Source of the DNA: an uncultured Hyphomicrobiales bacterium
Lineage (GTDB): Bacteria > Bacteroidota > Ignavibacteria > Kapaibacteriales > UBA2268
Length of the DNA: 64,000 bases
Direction of reading: 5' to 3'
NCBI GenBank assembly: GCA_964513465.1
Contig: CAZEMR010000001.1
Span: 81,037-145,036 of the forward strand
In this document: positions 9,510-18,777 of the stretch, piece after piece
Layout: every line of letters begins with the position of its first letter
Numbering within the stretch: the first letter of the stretch is position 1
The notes under the pieces: generated by a model
What the model was told of the DNA's origin: nothing
Database searches by the model: none
The model's input: only the letters and a program-made list of their open reading frames with translations
Translations under genes and position numbers: made by a program

Positions 9510-11429
9510 ATGGTAAATTCAAAAAATATTGCAGAAGAAGTAAATCTGCAGAATGCACTCAGCCTTACGGTCGAAAGCAAAACCGCGCTGCCGGATTTCG
9601 ATCGTGGCTACAGATTAATCCTTAAAAGGGATTATACCGCTGCGGCGTCGATTTTTGCCAGTATTGCAGAGTCCGGTGCGTTCGTGCCTGAGGTTTATTA
9701 CAACCTTGCATATTGCTATTATAAAACCGGCCAGGCTGATAATGCCGCCGATTGCTGCTATTTGATAATCAGACGAAGCGATTCTTACGCACCTGCCTAT
9801 AACTTACTTGCCGCGATTAATATTTTGCAGGATAATTTAACAACCGCCGAAAATTGGATTGAAGAAGCAATTCGTATAAATCCCGAGGATAAGGATTTTC
9901 GTATTAATCTCGGGCGTCTGTGTATGGACATGAGGAAATTCGACAAGGCGATAGCTACATTTAAAGCAGCAGCTCGGATAGAACCATCCGACCCCGATAT
10001 TTATAATGACATTGGAGCTTGCTTTATCAACATCTCCAATTACGATAATGCAATTGATTCTTTTATCAAATGCATAAATATTGATGATAATTATACCCGG
10101 GCATACAAAAATCTTGGCGAACTGCATTTTCAGCTCGAAGAATATGATTACGCAATAAAAGTATTTAAAACCGCAATCGATAAAGACCCAAACGATTGGG
10201 AGGCATACGCTTCGCTCGGAAAAGTCTATTACAGGATCGGCAAATACTCCAGCGCGATACTGATGTATCAGCAGGCAGTCGAGCTAAAACCTGATTTTTC
10301 GGAAGGATATATCGATCTAGGCCGCTCGTTTTATCAGGAAAAATGGTATCGTCAGGCAATCGAATCGTTCGAGAAAGGCATAGAAATCGATCCGGACCAG
10401 GAGGGTTGCTGCCTCGAGCTTGGGATATCCTACAGCAATATCGGCGAATATGCAAAAGCAATATCATATCTGGATAAATATCTTAGCCGTGGCGGCCTTC
10501 AAGCCGAAGGGCATTTCTGGAAAGGCCAGGTATACGAGAAACAGGGCAATACCCAGAAAGCGATCCGTTCGTACCAGATTGCAGAAAAAATTGATCCCGG
10601 TCTGGTCGATCTCTACCACGGACTTGGCGGGGCATATTTGCATTCGCAGCAATATATCCAGGCGATTGAAATGTTCCAGAAGGCGATTACTATGAAACCG
10701 GATGACGAAAATGCATATCTCGGTCTCGGCTCGGCGTATATGCAGTATTCCGGTTGGAAAAGCACGCCTGAGGGATATTCCAATGCAATATTTGCTTTCC
10801 GTCAGGCTCTGCGGGTGAATCCTAATTCATTTTACGCATGGATACAAATCGGCATAGCTTATGATATGCTCGAAAGCTATGAAGAAGCAATAACTGCATT
10901 TACCCAAGCCAGGCGCATAAATCCCCGCTCGGCCAGGCTTTATTATCATATAGGCCTTGCATATGCTCACGAGGAAAGCTATGTGAAAGCGATCATGCAG
11001 TTCAAGCGTGCGCTCGAACTCAAGCCGGATATGTTCAACGCCCGGCTTCAGATGGGAATTATGTATCTCAATCTCGGATATAGCCAAAAGGCAATCGATT
11101 CGCTACGGACATGTATAACGCTTCGGCCGAATGACCATTCGGTGTATAATCTGCTTGGATTGGTCTATCAGAACAAGGAGGATTACGAAAAAGCGATCAC
11201 TTTATTCATGGAGGCAGTTTTTCTAAAGCCTAATTTTGCAGAAGCTCATTATCATCTGGGGCTGGCCTATTTATCCGTCGAATGGAATAAAGATGCTGTT
11301 CGTCAGTGCCTGCGGTTGAAAAGGCTGGACAAAAATCTGGCTGCTAAGTTATATAAAATGATTGCTTCCTCGCTCAGGATATTCCCAACCGAGGCAGAAA
11401 TGTATCAGATGATAAATGAAGAATTATGA
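9510..11429 (+). CDS. Tetratricopeptide repeat protein (about 15 tandem TPRs)
   Basis: Repeating 34-aa units (LG..Y...G.Y..A...Y..A....P) over nearly the whole length; no catalytic domain recognised. Confidence 0.9.
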   Translation: MVNSKNIAEEVNLQNALSLTVESKTALPDFDRGYRLILKRDYTAAASIFASIAESGAFVPEVYYNLAYCYYKTGQADNAADCCYLIIRRSDSYAPAYNLLAAINILQDNLTTAENWIEEAIRINPEDKDFRINLGRLCMDMRKFDKAIATFKAAARIEPSDPDIYNDIGACFINISNYDNAIDSFIKCINIDDNYTRAYKNLGELHFQLEEYDYAIKVFKTAIDKDPNDWEAYASLGKVYYRIGKYSSAILMYQQAVELKPDFSEGYIDLGRSFYQEKWYRQAIESFEKGIEIDPDQEGCCLELGISYSNIGEYAKAISYLDKYLSRGGLQAEGHFWKGQVYEKQGNTQKAIRSYQIAEKIDPGLVDLYHGLGGAYLHSQQYIQAIEMFQKAITMKPDDENAYLGLGSAYMQYSGWKSTPEGYSNAIFAFRQALRVNPNSFYAWIQIGIAYDMLESYEEAITAFTQARRINPRSARLYYHIGLAYAHEESYVKAIMQFKRALELKPDMFNARLQMGIMYLNLGYSQKAIDSLRTCITLRPNDHSVYNLLGLVYQNKEDYEKAITLFMEAVFLKPNFAEAHYHLGLAYLSVEWNKDAVRQCLRLKRLDKNLAAKLYKMIASSLRIFPTEAEMYQMINEEL

Positions 11430-11456
11430 GGGCCGCTGTATCGGACGACCCTCATA
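11425..11456. terminator. Probable bidirectional terminator hairpin between the convergent TPR and STAS genes
   Basis: Inverted repeat TATGAGGG...CCCTCATA. On the minus strand the stem is TATGAGGGTCG/CGGCCCTCATA with one G-U pair. Confidence 0.55.
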
Positions 11457-11468
11457 TAAAAAAACTGA

Positions 11469-11831
11469 TTATTCTTCGATTTCGCCTGTTTTCAGAAAAT
11501 GTACCGCTTTGCTGAGATTTTTGAATATTTTGAATTCGAGGTGCAGATTACTGATTTTTATAATGTTTTCGTTGTACTCGTTCAGATTATACAGCGCCAG
11601 GCGTCCATCCATTTTTTTCACGAGCGCATTTCCCGAGAGCAGCCCACGGATAGCGGATGAATTGATATAGGATACGTTTGTAAAGTCTACCAGCACGTAC
11701 TTCTTTTCTTTTTTCTTAAGGTCTTTGAATTCAAGGCGAAGTTCCTCGCTGTGTTCTTCGGAATTCAGACTGCCGTGCAGCCTTACTGCGGTGTAACCAT
11801 CCATATCTTCGACAAAAATGTTTTGAGCCAT
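11469..11831 (-). CDS. STAS domain anti-sigma factor antagonist
   Basis: 120 aa; VDFTNVSYINSSAIRGL matches the D.S.V.YIDSSG phospho-Ser motif. Confidence 0.88.
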   Translation of the reverse strand: MAQNIFVEDMDGYTAVRLHGSLNSEEHSEELRLEFKDLKKKEKKYVLVDFTNVSYINSSAIRGLLSGNALVKKMDGRLALYNLNEYNENIIKISNLHLEFKIFKNLSKAVHFLKTGEIEE

Positions 11832-11897
11832 TGGATCTCCGGATTTTGTTAATATAAGATTTCAAATTTATTAAAAATAATAAAATTCTTACAGAAT

Positions 11898-12806
11898 TCA
11901 GTCATTATCCGGCAAAGAAATATCAAAAACCGCCAAAACCGGGCAATGGTCGGATATGTCCTTTGCTTCTTCCTTCGGATAAACCCTATTGAAGTCATGC
12001 ACATGAGCCGAACCTTCGAGTAGGCGGATCATTGCGGTATCGCTTACCACAATATGGTCTATTACATACATCGCCGGGAATTTGCAGCTTTTCAGATCGG
12101 TAGTAATAAAATTCAGATTATCATTGCTCAGCATTCCCTGCAGCGTCGGATTCTTCTTTCGGCGCGGAGTATCATTGAAATCTCCGAGTATGAGCACATC
12201 TTCTTCGTTGCCGGCGGCCAGCACCGAATCGGCCCAGCGTGAAGCTATTTCCGCCTGATATGCGCGGATGGTGCGGCTTCGCATCAGCTTTTCGGGGGTG
12301 TCGTCGTACCGCGATGTTGATTTGAAATGAACCACCATCATCAGCCAGTCGAAATTACCGTATTTACATCGCACGATAAGCCCCGGACGTTGGTAGCGGT
12401 CGTATTGCAGTTGGGTATACTCGCCAAGGAAATCGACCTGCATATTTTTGCGAAAAATCACAGCCGTATTCAGGGCTCGCCCGCCATCTCCGCAATAAAA
12501 TGAATAATCCGGAAGATATTTGAGAATTCTGAATAATGCCTCATCATTTTCGATTTCCTGTAAAGCGAGAATATCAGCGCCCGATTCAGTAATGGTTTCG
12601 GCAATTAATTTGTAATCCTCGGATGTGCGGTCTTTGCGGTCGCGTACTCCATCGCCGAGCCACTGGATGTTGAAGGTTCCGATGATTACAATATCCGAAT
12701 CCGGCGCAGCCGTATCCACCGGTCGGCGCTGATCCTCGGAAATTTCACTGCATCCGGCGATTATCAGTGCAAAAATCAGGGTATATATATATTTCCGGAA
12801 TTTCAT
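11898..12806 (-). CDS. Lipoprotein, endonuclease/exonuclease/phosphatase (EEP) family
   Basis: Lipobox IAGC; TFNI, ALQEI, VHFK, LGDFND, IDHI, ISDHCPV. Confidence 0.88.
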   Translation of the reverse strand: MKFRKYIYTLIFALIIAGCSEISEDQRRPVDTAAPDSDIVIIGTFNIQWLGDGVRDRKDRTSEDYKLIAETITESGADILALQEIENDEALFRILKYLPDYSFYCGDGGRALNTAVIFRKNMQVDFLGEYTQLQYDRYQRPGLIVRCKYGNFDWLMMVVHFKSTSRYDDTPEKLMRSRTIRAYQAEIASRWADSVLAAGNEEDVLILGDFNDTPRRKKNPTLQGMLSNDNLNFITTDLKSCKFPAMYVIDHIVVSDTAMIRLLEGSAHVHDFNRVYPKEEAKDISDHCPVLAVFDISLPDND

Positions 12807-12815
12807 ATATTTAAC

Positions 12816-13715
12816 TTATTTTCCGCCTTTGAATATTGATTTGAAAATATGCCCGGCCATTTCAGGATTTTCCTTCAGCCGGCGGGTAGAGTAGCCATAC
12901 CAGTCCTCGCCAAAAGGCACATAAATGCGCAGGCGATGGCCGGCGGCGAGAATGTCGTCGCGGCGTTCCTCACGCACTCCGAGCAGCATCTGGAATTCAT
13001 AGTCATTACGATCAAGCTTACGTCTTGTCACCTGGTCCATGCCGTATTTAATCAACTCTTCGTCGTGAGTGGCTATGCCTACATACATGCCGTTGTCGAG
13101 CATCAGATCGAGCAACTGTTTATAGTTCTGGCGAATACGGTCGGGATCTTTATAAGCAATTTCCGGCGATTCATTATATATACCCTTGCAAAGCCGAAGG
13201 GAAGGCTTCAGTTCGATGAGGCTTTTTACGTCGTCCATACTGCGTTTCATATATGCCTGGATCACTGTGCCGATTTTATCGAAGCCCTCGGCGCGCAATT
13301 TTTTATATAGATCGAGCGTTTTAGTTGTATACGGCGAATTTTCCATGTCCAGCCGTACCCAAATACCGAGATTATTTGCCTTTTCGACTAATTCGCGGAT
13401 GTTTTCGTATCCGAATTGCGTATCGATGCCCAGACCCAGCGAAGTGGGCTTCACCGAAAGATATGTTGGCAGCTTAAACTCATGGATTGCGTCAATTACC
13501 TTCGAACTCAATGATTTTTCGTGAAGCGCTCGTTCGCGGTTGGTTACGAATTCCCCGAGAACATCGATTGTAGTCATTCCGCCTTTTTGCTCAAATTCTT
13601 TGGTCACCCGAACTGCATCCTCGAGCGTATCGCCGGCAATATATTTTTTGGCGAAAACATGCACCAGGGGTTTTGGCACAATCGGGAGCAGTTTTATTAT
13701 CATTTGATTCAGCAT
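12816..13715 (-). CDS. Monofunctional proline dehydrogenase
   Basis: YIAG, SVKPT, LDME, IQAY, RLCKGIY, IATHD, EFQML.G, RIYVPFG..WY.Y..RRL.E. Confidence 0.93.
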   Translation of the reverse strand: MLNQMIIKLLPIVPKPLVHVFAKKYIAGDTLEDAVRVTKEFEQKGGMTTIDVLGEFVTNRERALHEKSLSSKVIDAIHEFKLPTYLSVKPTSLGLGIDTQFGYENIRELVEKANNLGIWVRLDMENSPYTTKTLDLYKKLRAEGFDKIGTVIQAYMKRSMDDVKSLIELKPSLRLCKGIYNESPEIAYKDPDRIRQNYKQLLDLMLDNGMYVGIATHDEELIKYGMDQVTRRKLDRNDYEFQMLLGVREERRDDILAAGHRLRIYVPFGEDWYGYSTRRLKENPEMAGHIFKSIFKGGK

Positions 13716-13807
13716 ATCATTTAATCCGATTATAATTTACAACTTTTCTGCAAACAACAAAAATAAGAAAAATCAAGGAAAATCGGGAATGAATGTTGAT
13801 TAAAATC

Positions 13808-14410
13808 TTATTTCCGCGCTTCATAATGCTTCAGGACTTCATTATGGATTTCTTCAATCGAGCGGCTTGCGTCGATGACAATGATTCTTTCCGGCTCAGC
13901 GCCGGCAATTTTGAGAAACCCCTGGCGAACCCGCTCGAAAAACTCCCTGCCCGCCGTCTCGATTCGATCGCTGATTCGCGATGAATACCTCGAAAGAGCA
14001 ATTTCGACAGACAGATCGAAATAAAATGTAATATCCGGCGCAATCCTGTCGGCGGCGAATTTATTTATATTTATTACGTCCTCCACTGCGATGCCCCGGC
14101 CGTAGCCCTGATAGGCAGTGGTAGAATCATAGAATCTGTCCGATAGAACGGTACGCCTGGCTTTCAGGGCGGGTGTAATTACCCGACTGACAAGATGAGA
14201 ACGGGCCGCCTCGAACAGTAACAGCTCTGTCTTGGGAGACATATCATTTTTTGAATTCAGCAGAATTTCGCGGATATTTTCGGATAATTCGGTGCCGCCG
14301 GGCTCTCGGATGGTCATCACATCCTCGCCTCGTTCGTTCAACGTCTGAGCCAGCATTGCCATCTGGGTTGTTTTGCCGCAGCCGTCAATTCCTTCAAAAC
14401 TAATAAACAT
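13808..14410 (-). CDS. tmk: Thymidylate kinase
   Basis: FISFEGIDGCGKTT, REPGG, DRFYDST.AYQG. Start taken at the ATG 1 nt after the rsmI stop. Confidence 0.96.
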   Translation of the reverse strand: MFISFEGIDGCGKTTQMAMLAQTLNERGEDVMTIREPGGTELSENIREILLNSKNDMSPKTELLLFEAARSHLVSRVITPALKARRTVLSDRFYDSTTAYQGYGRGIAVEDVININKFAADRIAPDITFYFDLSVEIALSRYSSRISDRIETAGREFFERVRQGFLKIAGAEPERIIVIDASRSIEEIHNEVLKHYEARK

Positions 14411-14411
14411 A

Positions 14412-15101
14412 TTAATCCTTTTTTCCATCGATTATTATTACAAATTCCCCTTTGATCGAATCGCGCGCGGAAAGTTCTTTATATATATACTCAGCCGTTC
14501 CACGGATAAATTCTTCGTGAATCTTACTGATCTCGCGGGCGGCGCAGGAGTTGCGATCAGGATCGATCTGCGAAATCCTCTCGAATAAATCGACCACCCG
14601 ATAAGGCGATTCGTAAAATATTGTCGTATATGAATTTGCCGTAGCGGATTCCAAAAATGTCTTTCGTCCTTTCTTCTGTGGGGGGAATCCCATAAAAGTG
14701 AATTTATCGAATGGCAATCCGCTTGCAACCAGTGCAGGCACGAATGCTGTCGGACCGGGCAGAGGCGTTATAGGCAAATCGCGTTCGATGCAGGATTGAA
14801 TTATGCGGTAGCCGGGATCTGATATGCCCGGCATCCCTGCGTCGCTTGCCAGAGCCACGGAGCGGCCTTTGGCAATCTCTTCTGCAAGCGATTCAGCGCG
14901 CGACTTTTCGTTGTGTTCATGATAGCTCATCAGACGATTTGCTTTTATGTCGAGATTTTTCAGCAGCATACCCGTACGCCGCGTATCCTCGCAGGCCACG
15001 ATATCCGCCGAGGCGAGTGTATCGCGTACGCGAGGCGAAACATCGCCCATATTTCCGATAGGAGTGGGCACAATATAGAGTCCAGCCGATAATTTATCCA
15101 T
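14412..15101 (-). CDS. rsmI: 16S rRNA C1402 2'-O-methyltransferase
   Basis: PTPIGN, CEDTR, SDAGMPGISDPG, YESPYR, AREISK.HEE, KGE. Confidence 0.96.
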   Translation of the reverse strand: MDKLSAGLYIVPTPIGNMGDVSPRVRDTLASADIVACEDTRRTGMLLKNLDIKANRLMSYHEHNEKSRAESLAEEIAKGRSVALASDAGMPGISDPGYRIIQSCIERDLPITPLPGPTAFVPALVASGLPFDKFTFMGFPPQKKGRKTFLESATANSYTTIFYESPYRVVDLFERISQIDPDRNSCAAREISKIHEEFIRGTAEYIYKELSARDSIKGEFVIIIDGKKD

Positions 15102-15573
15102 CTGTTTTCTTTTTATCTCTGATTTTTTTGAAAAATATTTTTAATAATATCGAACATTCCTCTTCGAGAACGCCGCCGATTATTTCTGCTCGATGGTTAA
15201 GCCGGGGGTCGCAGGCGATTTCGTAAAGCGACGCGCAGGCGCCAGCCTTTGGATCGAATGCCCCGAATACTACGAGTGGCAGCCGGGCGAGAACTATCGC
15301 TCCGGCACACATCGCGCAGGGCTCGAGCGTGACGTAAATCGTGCATTCGAGCAAATGCTTATAGTCGGTTACTCCTACCGCTTTGCGGATTGCTTCAATC
15401 TCGGCATGTGACGTCGGGTCGCCGGTTTCCTCTATGCGGTTTCGGCCGCGTGCGATAATCCCGCCATTGCGGACGATAACGGCGCCGATTGGGACATCGC
15501 CAGAGCCTGAGCATTTCCCGGCTTCGGCGATTGCCTCTTGCATATATATATTATGATCCTGGTTCATAATCAT
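15094..15573 (-). CDS. tadA: tRNA adenosine(34) deaminase
   Basis: VPIGAV, HAE, TLEPCAMCAGA, GAFDPKAGA, LNH. Confidence 0.93.
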   Translation of the reverse strand: MIMNQDHNIYMQEAIAEAGKCSGSGDVPIGAVIVRNGGIIARGRNRIEETGDPTSHAEIEAIRKAVGVTDYKHLLECTIYVTLEPCAMCAGAIVLARLPLVVFGAFDPKAGACASLYEIACDPRLNHRAEIIGGVLEEECSILLKIFFKKIRDKKKTDG

Positions 15574-16482
15574 TTAAAAAAAATCAAAAATATACTTTAA
15601 TGCCACGAACGAGATACTGGCCGCGAGTATCCACTTTATCGCTTTTTCTGGCATATGCTTCTGTAGCCGCGCGCCGAGATACATCCCGGCAAAACCGCCT
15701 ATGCCGAACAAAAACCCCAGCATCCAGTCCGGAGCGACGCTCATCTCCGGATAATACGGAGCCAGCAATTGATAGAAAATAACGCCCGCCACCGATGTGA
15801 TAAACGTACCGCTGAGCGCGGCCCCGGCGATTGTATATACCGGGAGTCCGAATATGGCTACGAAAAATGGGGCCATTATTGCACCTCCGCCTATGCCGTA
15901 TATTCCTCCTACGATTCCGACAATGAAGCTGACTGTTGCAATTGCTATGGTCGACGCGGAATATTTCTCTCCCCGGAATTCGTAACTCATGCGCCGCAGA
16001 TTGAATTTGAGTACTTTTGTACGGGGCAATTCACCGAGATCATTGGAAATCTTTGAGTGTTCTGTTCTCCTGGCTCCGGGCTGTTTCTTTTTGAGAATAT
16101 CCCGAATTAGCCGCATCCCGATATACAAAAGTACGAAACCTGCGAAAAATTTAAAATCCTGAGGGTCGGGCAGATATTCGATCCGGATGAATGCGCCGAT
16201 GAAGACCCCCGGCAAGGTGCCCAATACAACTATCCACACCAGCGGCCAGACCATTCTGCCCTCGCGGATATAGCGGACGACTCCCGAAGGTATTGCCACA
16301 ATATTGAATAATTGATTTGTAGCGCTTACAGAAGGATTGGTGTATCCCAAAAAGCTGACCTGGAACGGCAATAGCAGAAACGCTCCCGATACCCCGCCCA
16401 TCGATGTAAGAAATGATATTGCGAAAGCCACCAGCGGCGGCACAAGTGGATGGACTTCGATTCCGGCGGTTTCGAAAAACAT
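15574..16482 (-). CDS. TauE/SafE (TSUP) family sulfite exporter-like membrane protein
   Basis: Two repeats of 4 TMs with GVSG and GIGGG motifs. Confidence 0.88.
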   Translation of the reverse strand: MFFETAGIEVHPLVPPLVAFAISFLTSMGGVSGAFLLLPFQVSFLGYTNPSVSATNQLFNIVAIPSGVVRYIREGRMVWPLVWIVVLGTLPGVFIGAFIRIEYLPDPQDFKFFAGFVLLYIGMRLIRDILKKKQPGARRTEHSKISNDLGELPRTKVLKFNLRRMSYEFRGEKYSASTIAIATVSFIVGIVGGIYGIGGGAIMAPFFVAIFGLPVYTIAGAALSGTFITSVAGVIFYQLLAPYYPEMSVAPDWMLGFLFGIGGFAGMYLGARLQKHMPEKAIKWILAASISFVALKYIFDFF

Positions 16483-16595
16483 AAAATTACCGATTTGTAG
16501 TTATGAATATCCGAAAGATAGCAAACTATTATTGATTGTAGAATAGATTCTTTTTTAGTAAGTTAGACTTAATCCAAAATAATCAGGAAATTAAG

Positions 16596-18698
16596 ATGAA
16601 AATGAAAATTATATTAATATCGGTATTTGTATTTGCATTCAGTTTTTCGAATTCATCAGCCGAGGAAAATTCTTTCCAGATAGACAGCCTTAAAAAAATT
16701 GCCGAAACCGCAACAGGCGAGCAAAAACTCGAGGCCACCTACCGGCTCGGGCTGGCGCATTCATGGTCTGATATTGAAGTAGCAAATCAGTATTACCGGG
16801 AGGCGCTCGTTATGGCTAAAGAGCTCAACGTTAACAAAACAGTTGCAAGGTGTTTCGCAAATATCGGGGCTAATCTGCGTAAAACCGGACGGATTGACTC
16901 AAGCACCGATACATTGCTGCTCGCCTACGATTATTTCGAAAAAGCGGGCGATTATGCCGGCCAGGCCTTCTGCCTCTCGCAGGTGGCCAATAATTACCAG
17001 ATACTCGGCGAAGACGACCGAGCCACCGATTATTTCCTGAAAGCATTTCGCGCGTTGGATAAACGCGATATTAATGAAACAATCGAAGCTTTTACATCCG
17101 CGCAGGGAAAAGTAAAGGATTCTCTCGAAAGCTATCTGCGGGTTTATGCTCTGGTTTATAATGATGCCGGATTGCAGTATTACCATATAGGAAATAACGA
17201 AAAAGCACGGAAGTATTTCAACGAAGCGTTAAAAGTTAGCCAGGTGATAAACCAGAAAAGCAGAATTGCCGGATGCTATTCCAATCTGGCAATGATACAT
17301 TCCGATATTGAGGAATGGAACAAAGCGCTGGAGCTTTATCAGAAAGCTTTAAGAATTGTCCGCGAAGTAGGCAACAAGGATTATGAAGGCACAATATTGA
17401 ATAATATCGGTAATATATATTCGCGCCAGAAAGAATACTCCCAAAGTATTGATTATTACGAACAGGCATATAAATTATACAACGAAGTCGGGCAGCTCGA
17501 CGGCGTCATCCTTGCGCTGATTAATTCCTCATATAATTATATACACATGGGCAGAACCGAAAATGGGATTCCCCGACTCAGAGAAGCGCTCAAACTTGCC
17601 ATCGAAAATAATTTCCCAAGATATCAGATGAATGCATATACTGCAATGTCCAAAGCATATGAGCGGTATAACCGATTTGATTCGGCTCTTAAATATACCA
17701 GACTTGCGCATGATATTCAGGACAGTATTTTCTCCATCGAAAAGGCCGAAAAAATCAGCGAGTTGGAGCTTGCCTACGAAACCGCTAAAAAGGATAAAAA
17801 GATCGAACTGCTTCGTAAAGAATCCGAAATGGCAGCCGCCGAGAGAACTTTTTTCATCATACTTGCCATTTTTGCCATAGCGATTATCGTGATTATTCTG
17901 ATATTCTATCGCAGCAAAATTAAAAACAACACAATACTCCGCGAAAAAAATGCAGAACTCGAGGATGCCAATAAAAAGCTCGAAGAGCAAAGTGAGGAGC
18001 TGAAAGAAGTTAACGATACTAAGGATAAGTTTTTCACAATAATCGCTCACGATCTGAAAAATCCCTTCGGACTGCTGGTTTCGATCTCGAAATTGCTTGT
18101 GGACAGCTATCACGAACTGGAAGAAGCCGAGCGCCGGGATTTTATAAAGGATATTCAGAAGTCTACAATTCAAATATATAATTTGCTCGAAAATCTGTTG
18201 CAGTGGTCACGATCTCAGACCGGGCGTCTTGAATTTCAACCGCGCGAATTTAATGCCAGAGAATTGATTGATGAAGTTATGGGCGTTCTTCGCCCTAATG
18301 CTCAAAAAAAGGAGCAAATTATCGAAGAGAATATCGATAATACTCTAATGATTAATGCCGATCCAAACATGTTCCAGTTTATAATCCGTAATCTGCTGAG
18401 TAACGCTATTAAGTTTACACCCGAAGGCGGGCGTATTTCGATCGAGTCAGACAAGATCAATGGGATGATTAAATTTAGCGTAAGCGATACCGGCATCGGC
18501 ATTCCGCAGGAAGATTTCGATAAATTATTCCTTATGAGGGAAAACTACAGCAGGCATGGCACTAACTACGAAAAAGGCACAGGACTGGGTTTGATAGTAT
18601 TCAAGGAATTTGTTGATATGCACGGCGGCAGCATCGATGTCAAAAGCAAAGTGGGAGAGGGGAGCACATTTTCCTTTACTCTGCCTGAGGACAAATAA
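16596..18698 (+). CDS. Membrane sensor histidine kinase with extracytoplasmic TPR domain
   Basis: Signal peptide, TPR array, one TM (FFIILAIFAIAIIVIILIF), AHDLKNP, NLLSNAIKF, GTGLGL. Confidence 0.92.
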   Translation: MKMKIILISVFVFAFSFSNSSAEENSFQIDSLKKIAETATGEQKLEATYRLGLAHSWSDIEVANQYYREALVMAKELNVNKTVARCFANIGANLRKTGRIDSSTDTLLLAYDYFEKAGDYAGQAFCLSQVANNYQILGEDDRATDYFLKAFRALDKRDINETIEAFTSAQGKVKDSLESYLRVYALVYNDAGLQYYHIGNNEKARKYFNEALKVSQVINQKSRIAGCYSNLAMIHSDIEEWNKALELYQKALRIVREVGNKDYEGTILNNIGNIYSRQKEYSQSIDYYEQAYKLYNEVGQLDGVILALINSSYNYIHMGRTENGIPRLREALKLAIENNFPRYQMNAYTAMSKAYERYNRFDSALKYTRLAHDIQDSIFSIEKAEKISELELAYETAKKDKKIELLRKESEMAAAERTFFIILAIFAIAIIVIILIFYRSKIKNNTILREKNAELEDANKKLEEQSEELKEVNDTKDKFFTIIAHDLKNPFGLLVSISKLLVDSYHELEEAERRDFIKDIQKSTIQIYNLLENLLQWSRSQTGRLEFQPREFNARELIDEVMGVLRPNAQKKEQIIEENIDNTLMINADPNMFQFIIRNLLSNAIKFTPEGGRISIESDKINGMIKFSVSDTGIGIPQEDFDKLFLMRENYSRHGTNYEKGTGLGLIVFKEFVDMHGGSIDVKSKVGEGSTFSFTLPEDK

Positions 18699-18720
18699 TA
18701 TATATTTAGCGCTGTAATAA

Positions 18721-18748
18721 AAATGGGGACACTACAATGCCCCCATTT
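18721..18748. terminator. Probable bidirectional terminator between the convergent kinase and gyrA genes
   Basis: Inverted repeat AAATGGGG...CCCCATTT with A/T-rich flanks. Confidence 0.6.
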
Positions 18749-18777
18749 ATATTTTGAATTGATTTATTATCAATCAA